This document shows, one piece after another, positions 18,773 to 27,665 of a stretch of 64,000 nucleotides of DNA (position 1 is its first letter; each line of letters begins with the position of its first letter). Position numbers and translations under genes: made by a program. This DNA is from Holophagales bacterium (lineage in GTDB: Bacteria > Acidobacteriota > Thermoanaerobaculia > Multivoradales > Multivoraceae). The stretch lies in contig VXSP01000045.1 of NCBI GenBank assembly GCA_009837885.1, positions 325,526 to 389,525 of the forward strand. The letters are read 5' to 3'. The notes beneath the pieces are model-generated. The model did not search any database, was not told where the DNA came from, and saw nothing but the letters and a program-made list of their open reading frames with translations.

Positions 18773-19678
18773 TCAGTCGGCGAGAAACGCCCGCGCCACG
18801 GCGACGAACTCGTCGAGCTGGTCGTGATGGACCCAGTGGCCGGCGCCTTCGAAGTTGCGAAGCTCCGCGCTTTGGAACGCTTCGATGCGGCCGTCCTCGA
18901 CCGGGTCGCTGGCCCAGCTCTCCGTGCCCCGAACCAGCAACGTGGGGCAGGTGATCCGGCCCCAGATGCTCCGCAGTTCCTCCTCGTCGTAGCGGTAGGG
19001 CGGGAAGGAGCGCACGTAGTTGTCGAACTTCCAGGTGTAGGTGCCGTCCTCGTTGCGCGCCATGCCGTTGACGGTGAGGTGGCGGGCCTGTTCGGGGCTC
19101 AGGAAGCTGTTCACCTCCTGCATCCGCTCGGCTGCGGCGCCGAGCGACGGGTAGCGCCGGGGCTGCCGCCCCGCGAGCTTCTGCATGTTGCCGACCCAGC
19201 CTCGCATACGCTCGTCGACCGCCGCGTTGACCCGGTCGGCGAGGATGCGGGGAGGCGGTCCCATCCCTTCGATCGCCACCAGCTTGTGGACGTTCCCGGG
19301 GTAGAAGCCCGTGTAGTGCAGCGCGATGTTCGCGCCCAGCGAGTGGGCGACGATGCGCACCGGGAAGCGGTCCAGTGCTTCCAGCAGCTGCGCGATGTCG
19401 AGGACGAAGTCGGTGATCGCGTACATGCCGCCGATCGCCCATTCGCTGTCGCCGTGACCGCGCAGGTCCGGCGCCACGATGTGGTAGTCGTGACGGAGCG
19501 CGTTCGCCACCCAGTCCCAGTTGTGGGCGTGGTCGCGACCGCCGTGGATCAGCACCAGGGGCGGTTTGTCCTCGTTGCCCCAGTTCAGGTAGTGAAGCCG
19601 CAGCCGCTGGGAGATGTAGAACTGGGACGACGGGCCGACGATGTCCCGGAAGCGACTGTCGCTGAAGGCGGTGCTCAC
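18773..19678 (-). CDS. Alpha/beta hydrolase fold protein
   Basis: HGGRDHAHNWDW and the nucleophile elbow AHSLGA are present. Length 301 aa. Confidence 0.8.
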   Translation of the reverse strand: MSTAFSDSRFRDIVGPSSQFYISQRLRLHYLNWGNEDKPPLVLIHGGRDHAHNWDWVANALRHDYHIVAPDLRGHGDSEWAIGGMYAITDFVLDIAQLLEALDRFPVRIVAHSLGANIALHYTGFYPGNVHKLVAIEGMGPPPRILADRVNAAVDERMRGWVGNMQKLAGRQPRRYPSLGAAAERMQEVNSFLSPEQARHLTVNGMARNEDGTYTWKFDNYVRSFPPYRYDEEELRSIWGRITCPTLLVRGTESWASDPVEDGRIEAFQSAELRNFEGAGHWVHHDQLDEFVAVARAFLAD

Positions 19679-19763
19679 CGGTTGGCGTCGGATCGCGGGC
19701 CGGAGGTTGCTGCGATCATGACGTGCGCGCGGGCGCTCTCCCGTTGCTGCGAATCGAGGTTTG

Positions 19764-20378
19764 TCATTGGCCGCTGGCGTCGGGGCGAGGGGGATTGATC
19801 ATGATGTGCGCACCCGCGGTGCCGGGGAACATCAGCCAGGGCGCGCCGGGCACCGGCCGGGTCGTCAGTCCGGTCGACTCGGGCGTTGCGTACGGCGTGT
19901 AGATCACCCAGCGCAGGTAGGCGTCACTCACTTCACCGGTCGCGGCGTCGAAGCCGCTACCGTGGAGCACGTACAAGGTGCGCGGCTCCCGCGGCATCGG
20001 CAGCTTGCCTTCCGCGATCTCCCGTTCACGAATCTCGATTCGTTCCTGGCCCTCGATGCCCTGGGCCGTCAGTTCGCGGCCGCGGGCCATGAACGGCTCC
20101 AGCGACTCGTGGTAACAGGCGACGCTCCACTGCGCGTCGCCAGGCCGGGCCGCCAGGCAGACGAGGTCGTTGCTGCCGGTCCGGAGTTCCACCACCTTGC
20201 CATCGGCGGTCCAGCCAAGCACGCGCGCGCCGTCCCGCCGGTCTTCCGGCGCCGCCTGGATTGCGGCGGCGAGCTGAGCTTCGGCATCGCCCGGTTCCGC
20301 CGCCGGTGAGGCTGCAGCCAGACAACCCAGCGCGAGCGCGGCGATCACTGCTTTCGATGTCCTCGTCCTGACGTGCAC
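19764..20378 (-). CDS. Hypothetical lipoprotein
   Basis: Lipobox LALGC follows an N-terminal basic region. No recognisable domain. Confidence 0.5.
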   Translation of the reverse strand: MHVRTRTSKAVIAALALGCLAAASPAAEPGDAEAQLAAAIQAAPEDRRDGARVLGWTADGKVVELRTGSNDLVCLAARPGDAQWSVACYHESLEPFMARGRELTAQGIEGQERIEIREREIAEGKLPMPREPRTLYVLHGSGFDAATGEVSDAYLRWVIYTPYATPESTGLTTRPVPGAPWLMFPGTAGAHIMINPPRPDASGQ

Positions 20379-20491
20379 TTCGTTCCTCCTGTCTCGCCCG
20401 CTACCTGGCGCACGGGCGCGGAGAGCGTATCGCGGGCGGGTCGGCGAGTCCGCTAACCTCCGGGCGTTTTCATCTCAGGGGGAGCATCGCG

Positions 20492-21226
20492 ATGATCGAT
20501 CTGCACTACTGGCCGACGCCGAACGGCAAGAAAGTCACGATCCTGCTCGAGGAGTGCGGGTTGCCCTACCGCATCGTGCCCTGCCGGATCGGCTTCGGTG
20601 ACCAGTTCAAGGAAGAGTTCCTGGCCATCTCGCCGAACAACCGGATGCCGGCGATGGTCGATCACGAGCCGGCCGACGGCGGTGAACCGATCGCGCTCTT
20701 CGAGTCCGGCGCGATCATGATGTACATCGCCGAGAAGGCCGGCCGGTTCTACCCTCAGGATCTCCGTGCCCGCCACGAGGTGAACCAGTGGCTCATCTGG
20801 CAGATGGCGAACCAGGGGCCGAAGTCCGGCGAGTGCGGTCATTTCCGTCGCCTGCGCGACACGGAAGGCGACCAGAGCTACGCGGTGCGCCGCTTCACCG
20901 ACGAAGTGAACCGCCTCTACGGCGTGATGAACAACCGCCTCTACGACCGGCGTTACCTGATCGGCGACGAGTACACGATCGCCGACATGATCTGCTATCC
21001 GTGGACGGTTCGCTGGGAGGACCAGCAGCAGGACATCGAGGAGTTTCCGTACTTCAAGCGCTGGTTCGAGGAAGTCGGTGCCCGTCCGGCGGTCCAGCGG
21101 GGCATGGACGTCTCGAGCGGCGAGGCGATCGACTACGCGAACCTCTCCGACGAAGAACGCGAACGCCTGAAGAAGCTGCTCTACAACCAGCGCGCCCGGC
21201 CGGCGCCCGAGGGCGGGCTGCTGTAG
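20492..21226 (+). CDS. Glutathione S-transferase (Nu/YfcG-like)
   Basis: MIDLHYWPTPNGKKVTILLEE...LAISPNNRMPAMVDH...ESGAIMMYIAEK matches the GST N-domain. Confidence 0.85.
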   Translation: MIDLHYWPTPNGKKVTILLEECGLPYRIVPCRIGFGDQFKEEFLAISPNNRMPAMVDHEPADGGEPIALFESGAIMMYIAEKAGRFYPQDLRARHEVNQWLIWQMANQGPKSGECGHFRRLRDTEGDQSYAVRRFTDEVNRLYGVMNNRLYDRRYLIGDEYTIADMICYPWTVRWEDQQQDIEEFPYFKRWFEEVGARPAVQRGMDVSSGEAIDYANLSDEERERLKKLLYNQRARPAPEGGLL

Positions 21227-21250
21227 CGGGGCGCCGTCGGACGCACCCGC

Positions 21251-21424
21251 CCGCGTCGCGGCCCGAGGGGTCAGCTCCCAGGTGACGCTCGCGCTTGAGA
21301 GGAGATGGAAGGGGTTGCGCTCGCTCCGCTTCACTCGCTCCGGTTGGGCGTCGGTTGGTGGAGTGTCGTCGGGCGTCGCTCGTTCAGAGGCACCTGGGAG
21401 CTGACCCCTCGGGCCGCGACGCGG
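21251..21424. repeat. MITE-like element: 34-bp perfect terminal inverted repeats flanking a 106-bp core
   Basis: 21251..21284 (CCGCGTCGCGGCCCGAGGGGTCAGCTCCCAGGTG) is the exact reverse complement of 21391..21424. It lies in the convergent intergenic region GST / sulfotransferase. Confidence 0.55.
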
Positions 21425-21456
21425 GCTGGACATCGGTGGACCGCACTGCGCTTCAG

Positions 21457-21484
21457 ACTGGGTGCGCCGGCGTCCTCGCCGGCC
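21457..21484 (+). repeat. REP-like conserved hairpin copy A (ACTGGGTGCGCCGGCGTCCTCGCCGGC)
   Basis: Stem GCCGGCG/CGCCGGC with 4-nt loop. Near-identical to copies at 43719 and 57235. Confidence 0.5.
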
Positions 21485-21505
21485 TCTTGAGGATCGTGCG
21501 AGGCG

Positions 21506-22366
21506 CTAGCCTCGCTCCTTTGCGAATGCGACTGTGCCGCGCAGCTCTTCGTAGGAACTGTGACCCGTCGCCGGTTTCACGATCCGCTGCCACTCTCGAT
21601 CCCAGACCTCGAGGACTTCGCGCGGTACTTCACGGGAGCCTTCTCCCGACTTTCCCTTGCGGACCTTTGTTGTGGTGCCGGAGGCGGGGAGGCCGCAGGG
21701 GGCGTTTCGGGCGTTGCGGACCAGGTGGTCGTCGAACTTCGAGCTGTGTTCGCGCATGAAGCCGATTGACGCTTGCCGGGTCGCGATCTCGATGTTGGGG
21801 TGCTCCGGGTCGAGCTTGAGGAACGCCGCGACGCGGGCGGTGGCGGCGGGGAGGTCGGCGACGATGTCCTCGAAGCAGAGCCAGAGGGTCTCCGGGTCCA
21901 GGCGCTCCGGCCACCAGGACACGAGGTGTTCCCAGTAGCGGCCGCTACGGGTGCCGTGGAAGATGAAGTCGAGGGCGAAGTCGCGGATCGAGACGGTCCC
22001 GGGCTCGAACACCCAGCCGCTGAAGAAGTGGAAGAAGGAGACGAGCGAATCGACCGGGTCGCGGACGACGAAGATGTTGCGCCCACCTTTCGGTGCCAGT
22101 TCCCGGCTCAGGTGGGTCTTGAACGCTCTGGGCTCGGCCCGCTGGTGTGCGTCGAGGTCGAGGCCGATGTCGTGGGCGACTTCGAGCCAGGGGACGACTT
22201 CCGTGATCTCGTCGAAGTCCATGTCGCCGCCGGTGCGGAGCCCGTGGACGATCTGCTGCATCAGGGTCGTGCCGGCCTTGGGATAGGTGGCGATCAGGAT
22301 GTCGCTGGGCCGCAGACTGAAGTCGAGACCGCGCCGTACTCCTTCTCGTGTGGCGAAGCCGGCCAT
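21506..22366 (-). CDS. Sulfotransferase family protein
   Basis: PAPS-binding motifs YPKAGTTL and RDPVDSLVS are present. ATG at 22366. An alternative GTG at 22426 overlaps the exoIII stop (GTGA). Confidence 0.75.
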   Translation of the reverse strand: MAGFATREGVRRGLDFSLRPSDILIATYPKAGTTLMQQIVHGLRTGGDMDFDEITEVVPWLEVAHDIGLDLDAHQRAEPRAFKTHLSRELAPKGGRNIFVVRDPVDSLVSFFHFFSGWVFEPGTVSIRDFALDFIFHGTRSGRYWEHLVSWWPERLDPETLWLCFEDIVADLPAATARVAAFLKLDPEHPNIEIATRQASIGFMREHSSKFDDHLVRNARNAPCGLPASGTTTKVRKGKSGEGSREVPREVLEVWDREWQRIVKPATGHSSYEELRGTVAFAKERG

Positions 22367-22422
22367 GCGCCGCCTGATGCCCTCGACCGTAGTGGCCCGG
22401 TGAGGCGTCACGGCGCTGTCGC

Positions 22423-23232
22423 TCACCCGAGTACCTCGGCCGAAAGGTCGACGCCGACCGGGCAGTGGTCCGAGCCGGTCACGTGCGTCAGGATGAACGC
22501 CCGCTCGACGAAACGCATCGCGGCCTCCGAGGCGAGCACGAGGTCGATCCGCCAGCCGACGTTGCGCTCGCGGGCCTGGAAGGCCTGCTTCCACCAGCTA
22601 TAGCGCACCGTGTCGGGGTGCAGGGTCCGGAAGGTGTCGATCCAGCCGGCGTCGAGCCAGCGCTGGACCTCGTCGCGTTCCTCCGGCAGGAAGCCGGAGT
22701 TCCTCGCGTTGTCCTTCGGGCGCGCCAGGTCGATCGGCTGCGGCGCCGTGTTGAAGTCGCCGATGACCAGGACGCGATAGCCGGCGGCGCGGGCCTGGTC
22801 GAGCTGGGCGAACAGGGCGCGGTAGAAGCCCAGCTTGTAGGGCACGCGGCTGTTGTCTCGCTTGCTGCCGCTGCCCTTCGGGAAGTAGACGTTCGCCACC
22901 AGCAGTTGGCCGAAGAGAGCCAGTTGCAGACGGCCCTCGGCGTCGAAGCGCGGTTCGCCGAGCGAGGTGCGGACCCAGGCCGGCTCCAGGCGGGAGTAGA
23001 GGCCGACGCCGGAGTAGCCTGGGCGCTCGGCGCTCGAGAAGGAGGTGTGCCAGCGCGTGGGCCGGCGAAGCTCCGGCGCCAGTTGCCCGGCGCGGGCCTT
23101 CGTTTCCTGCAGGCCGACGATCTGAGCCCGGCTCTTTCCCAGCCAGTCGAGGAAGCCCTTGCGCCCGGCGGCGCGCAAGCCGTTCACGTTCCAGGAGACG
23201 ACGCGGATGCGACGGCGCTTCCGGGGGCTCAG
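22423..23232 (-). CDS. xth: Exodeoxyribonuclease III
   Basis: The full ExoIII core runs from RIRVVSWNVNGLRA to DHCPV. The track start (GTG 23187, VNGLRA) truncates the conserved N-terminus. There is no canonical start upstream; CTG at 23232 overlaps the GNAT TGA stop. Confidence 0.75.
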   Translation of the reverse strand: MSPRKRRRIRVVSWNVNGLRAAGRKGFLDWLGKSRAQIVGLQETKARAGQLAPELRRPTRWHTSFSSAERPGYSGVGLYSRLEPAWVRTSLGEPRFDAEGRLQLALFGQLLVANVYFPKGSGSKRDNSRVPYKLGFYRALFAQLDQARAAGYRVLVIGDFNTAPQPIDLARPKDNARNSGFLPEERDEVQRWLDAGWIDTFRTLHPDTVRYSWWKQAFQARERNVGWRIDLVLASEAAMRFVERAFILTHVTGSDHCPVGVDLSAEVLG

Positions 23233-23852
23233 GTGCGGCTCCGCTTCCCGGCGCCCAGGTCGTAGGACATGATCATCATGTCGCGGGTGCGCCCGGAGCG
23301 GTCGATGACCCAGTCGGTGAGCAGCGCCTCGGGCGAGAACCCGAGGCGCTCGAACACCCGGCGTGCTCCAATCTGCTCACGCGTCATCTGCGCTACCAGC
23401 TTGAGCAGACCCAGCTCTCTGGCCGTCTCGAACACCCGCTCGGTCAGCACGTGGCCGAGCCCGCAGCGGCGATGGGCCTCGGCGATGATCACGCGGATCT
23501 CGCCGAGGTGACTCATCCAGTGCAGGCCTCGAAGGTTCAGGCTGCCGTAGCCCACCAGCTCGCCTTCGTAGTGGGCCAGGGTAGTGAAGCGGCTGCCGGT
23601 GTCGGCGTCGTGGATCCATCCCTCCACCACGTCCGGATCGGTCAGGTCCGAGCGCAGGAACTGGAGGTCGATCTCGGGCAGGGCGCTGGCGAGCGAGACG
23701 ATGTCGTCCCGGTCGGCAGGGCGCAGGCGGCGCAGGTCGTAGGTGCGATCGCCGCACTGGACCTGGTCGACGGATTGGGTGCTCACGGGCCGCTCGGTCG
23801 TGCCCGGGTGGCGCGGCCGCGCCACCCGTGCCCCAGTCCGCGCGCCCGTCAT
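23229..23852 (-). CDS. GNAT family N-acetyltransferase
   Basis: Acetyl-CoA binding region RRCGLGHVLTERVFETARELG. ATG at 23852. Confidence 0.7.
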   Translation of the reverse strand: MTGARTGARVARPRHPGTTERPVSTQSVDQVQCGDRTYDLRRLRPADRDDIVSLASALPEIDLQFLRSDLTDPDVVEGWIHDADTGSRFTTLAHYEGELVGYGSLNLRGLHWMSHLGEIRVIIAEAHRRCGLGHVLTERVFETARELGLLKLVAQMTREQIGARRVFERLGFSPEALLTDWVIDRSGRTRDMMIMSYDLGAGKRSRT

Positions 23853-23938
23853 TGGGTGCGCGGATGGCAACCTGCAAAGCTAGCAGGTTCGCCGTCGGGT
23901 ATCGTCGCGCGCGAACGGAATCAGGGAGGGCGGGAGAA

Positions 23939-25018
23939 ATGGCTCCGATACCGAAGGGCGGGACGGTCGCGGTGACGGGTAGCGCCGGCTTTGTCGGCGG
24001 CTGGGCGGTTCGGCTGCTACTGGACAAGGGCTACCGGGTGCGTGCATGCGTGCGCGACGCCAACGACCCCGGGAAGACGACCTTCCTGCGGGAGATGCCG
24101 GGTTACGCCTCCGGGCGCTTGACGATCCACTCGGCGAACCTGGACGAGCCGGGCTGCTTCGACGAGATCTTCGCCGGTTGCCACGGCGTGGCTCACATCG
24201 CCCACGTCAGCGACTACAACGACTTCGACTACGTGAAGAACGTGTGCGACCACATCGTCGAGAGCGTCGAGAAGTCGGGTTCGGTGACCCGCGTGGTCGT
24301 TACCTCGAGCATCGCCGCCGTGATCATGGAGGCCGACATCTACGAGTTCGTTCGGCGGCCGGTCCTGTACGAGGACCGCTACCCGGACGAGTCCAACCCG
24401 AAGCGGACGCCCGAGCGCGGTCACGGCTATTCGATGAGCAAGATCTACGCTCAGCAGGCGTTCACCAGGGCCGCGGAGAAGAGCGGGCGCTGGGACGCGA
24501 TCACCTGCTGCCCGGGCGACAATGTCGGCCCCATCCTGTCGGCGCACCAGAAGGAGAAGGGGCCCTGGCAGCACAACATCGAACTGATGCTGCTGGGCGA
24601 GTGCAAGCAAAACCAGGCCTACCGGCCGTGGATGACGGTCGATGTGCGTGATGATGCGGAGTGCCACATCCGGTTGCTTGAGAGCATCAGTGTCCGGAAC
24701 GGCGAGCGGTTCATCGCGTGGTCCGCGGACGCGGTGCCGGTGGAGGAGATCAACGCCGGCATCGATCGCCTGCTGCCCGAGCTCCGCCATGACACGCCCG
24801 CGATCACGGAAATCCACCCCGACCACATACAGAAGCGCGAAGAGGAACTGCGAGGCATCTGGGCCGGTGTCGAACTGCGCAACGACCGGATGCGGGCGGC
24901 TACGGGCGTCAGGTTCCGGCCGTTCGACGAGTCCCTGCGTGACTGCGTCGAATCGCTGATCTCAGTTGCCGGGGTCGAACCGCAACGGCGGCCCGAGGTG
25001 GACGCCAGCGACGGCTAG
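23939..25018 (+). CDS. NAD-dependent epimerase/dehydratase (SDR extended family, cinnamoyl-CoA-reductase-like)
   Basis: ATG at 23939 with AGGGAGGGCGGGAG upstream. VTGSAGFVGGWAV Rossmann motif. YxxxK is present. Confidence 0.8.
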   Translation: MAPIPKGGTVAVTGSAGFVGGWAVRLLLDKGYRVRACVRDANDPGKTTFLREMPGYASGRLTIHSANLDEPGCFDEIFAGCHGVAHIAHVSDYNDFDYVKNVCDHIVESVEKSGSVTRVVVTSSIAAVIMEADIYEFVRRPVLYEDRYPDESNPKRTPERGHGYSMSKIYAQQAFTRAAEKSGRWDAITCCPGDNVGPILSAHQKEKGPWQHNIELMLLGECKQNQAYRPWMTVDVRDDAECHIRLLESISVRNGERFIAWSADAVPVEEINAGIDRLLPELRHDTPAITEIHPDHIQKREEELRGIWAGVELRNDRMRAATGVRFRPFDESLRDCVESLISVAGVEPQRRPEVDASDG

Positions 25019-25071
25019 ACGCCCTACAGACGAGAAGGTCGCCGTCGACCGCTTTCTGATGTCCCGCGCGG

Positions 25072-27418
25072 TCAATCTTCGTTCCCGCTCTCGATCTCGT
25101 TGTCGCCACCGTTCTCCTTCTGCTTCACGGTAAGCGGCCAGCCGTCGAACTGAGTACTGGCGGCGCCTTCTGAAGCAGGGAAGCGGAAGGCCTCGAGCAA
25201 GTAGGTCTTCGCCGTCGTGTCGATCGTGACCAGACCGAAGCCGCTGCCCCTGTTGCGCGCTGTGACGTAGCGGTCCGTCGCCTCCAGCTCGGTCCCCGGA
25301 TTGGCGACGGCATAGACGTACATGTAGTTGCCGAAACCGTCTCGGTACTCGCCGGTGTTGGCCCGCTCGTGACTCGGCCGGTTGGCCACCGTGAACCAGT
25401 TCGTGTGCTCGTCCGGCCGCCACCAGCGCACCCAGCCGGTGCTGATCGCAGGCGTGCAGAACGCCCAGCAACTGTCGCGTTGCGCGTCGGCGCCGTACTG
25501 GATCAGGGACGGCAGGTGCAGATCGCCGCACACATGCAGGCACTTCGCCGTCTTCAGGATGCGCACGAGGCGGTTCCGCGGCGTCTGGGGCCAACTGCTG
25601 CTGTCGGATGGCCCGGATGAAGTTGTGGCGGGCCCCGTGGTGCGTCGCCGCCGCGGCGAACAGCGTCTGGCTGAGGAGGACTTTCATCGCGTGGCCGTTT
25701 CGGTCGGTGGACCAGGCGGCCAGGAAGTCCTCCTGCCGCCGGCCGAGCAGGTGGAGGCCAGGCGCGTCCAGCGTGGCCGTGTCGATGCTGTCGTCGTACA
25801 CGTGGTCTCGCGGGCCGACACCGGTGTTCACGCGCTCGGGGCCGCTCTTGAACTGGCGGTCGCCGACGATCGCAAAGCTGACGTTCCCGTAGACGAGGTC
25901 GCCGTAGTAGACGCTGATGCCCCGATTGGCCGGCCTCGAGTCGTAGGGGTCGGGATGATGAGATGTATGCGTGTGGTGGACCACGTTGACCATCCGTACC
26001 GGCTCGATGTAGCCGCCGTTCGAGGACGGGTTCTTGCCGGCGCCCATCGCGTTGCCGCTCTCGCCCCAGAGGTTTCCCTGGAAGACGTCGTGGTCGTCCG
26101 GGATGCACACCGTCGGCCGGTCCCGCATCGCCTCGCGAAAGGCCCACCCGAACATGTAGAACTTGCGCAGGTAGCTCAGGATCGCCAGCGACGCCGGGTT
26201 CCGAACGATGCCGTAGCCGCCGTTGTCCTCGTAGACCTGATCGCCCGAGAAGAACAGGAGATCGGGGTCCTTCTCCGCGACCTCCCTGGCGAGCGGGACG
26301 TAGGGGAAGGAGTAATCCTTCTGGCAGGTGAGCGCGGCGAGTTTCATCGACCCGCCCGTCGGATTCGCCCGGATCGTGCCTTGCCACTCGTGGATCGTCT
26401 CGGAGCCGTCCGCGTGGCGCTCCCGGTACGCGAACCGGTACGGCGTTGCCGTCGTTTGGTCCCAGTTCGCCAGTTTGAAGGTGGCCGTGTACGCGTCCGG
26501 GTTGAAGTCGACGAAGCCGTGGGATCGCCAGTTGCCGCTCCGCTGCGTGAGAAGCTCCACGCGCCGGTCGTCCTGAGCGCCCAGTGGAGGCAGGATCGCT
26601 GTCAGCTTGACGACGAAGCCCTCGGCCCCGCGCGTGTCGTCCAGGGTGTACATGGCCCACAGGACCGCCCCGAACCGGCGGTCCATGTTGACTTCGAAGG
26701 CGCTGCCGCTCGCCTTCCAGTCGCTGAAGCGATAGCGGCCGCCCTGTCCCTCCTGGATGGTGCGGTCGAAGTTGCTGACGATGGCGACGTTGCCGGCGAT
26801 GTTGGCCGCGGCCACCGAGTGGGTGACCGTGCCGAGTTCGGTGCCGGCGGCTGACAGCGCCTTCAGTGTGAGATCGGTCATGCTGCCGGTGCCGGGCGCT
26901 CCGCTCAGGATCAGGACGACGCCGTCATTGAAGGGGCCGGCGATCGTCGAAGTGGCCGTCCCCAGCGTCAGGCTCCCGTTGATCAGGCCGGCGATCATTC
27001 CGCCAGCGCGTACGAAGCAGTTGCTCCGATAGTCGTCGATGGCGTGGCGAATGCCGATCCGGAACCCCGCGCCGCCGTCCATCGCGCCGGTCTTCACGCG
27101 CCGGCAGTGGACCGACATCTCGAAGCTCCCGGTCGAGGTCAGCCGATGGGTGAGCAGGTGAACGCTGCGGTCGCCGGAGTCCCTCCGCGTCTCGGCGCCG
27201 CCGTTCACGACGCTCCAGTCCTCCATGGGATTGGCCCAGAAGGACTCGCCCAGCCAGACCCGGTCGCGGGTCTGATGCCACTTGTCGACCCGCGTGGTGT
27301 CGGAAGTGGATTGCTGCTCGCGCTGCTGCCTGGCGTGGGCGGGCCTGATCCGTTTCGGCAGGGAGACGATGGCCGCCAGCAGGCCGAGGAGTCCGCGTCG
27401 ACTGAGGCTGTACTTCAC
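25072..27418 (-). pseudogene. TAT-secreted PhoD-like phosphodiesterase/alkaline phosphatase with an apparent frameshift near 25566–25640
   Basis: N-terminal TAT signal MKYSLSRRGLLGLLAA. PhoD-like metallophosphatase motifs (FFSGDQVYEDN, IPDDHDV). The homologous reading continues in a different frame (track ORF 25072..25566: CLHVCGDLHLPSLIQY...). Either a real disruption or an assembly indel. Confidence 0.55.
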
Positions 27419-27665
27419 GATGGGCCTCGACTATTCCTTTTCGAACGAGAAGCCACGCCCCAGTCGCCCTTCACGTTACACTATTTCTTGTGAAAATTTG
27501 GTGAGTTGGAGGGGTGCTACGTGATTTTTTGGCGACTTACCGAGTGTACCTGTGGGGTTTTGTCCTCGTCGTCCGCGTCGTGATGGGTAACGTTGTCTTT
27601 GTGTTCGGCCTGGCGGAGGAGTAGGGTCCGGGCAGGTCGGCGCGAACCGGGCGGAGGTTTCGGAG
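27419..27665. promoter_or_regulatory. Divergent promoter region (PhoD-like / TonB receptor) containing 16-nt direct repeats
   Basis: Locally AT-richer. GTGAAAATTTGGTGAG at 27489..27504 and GTGATTTTTTGGCGAC at 27521..27536, start-to-start spacing 32 nt. Confidence 0.4.
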
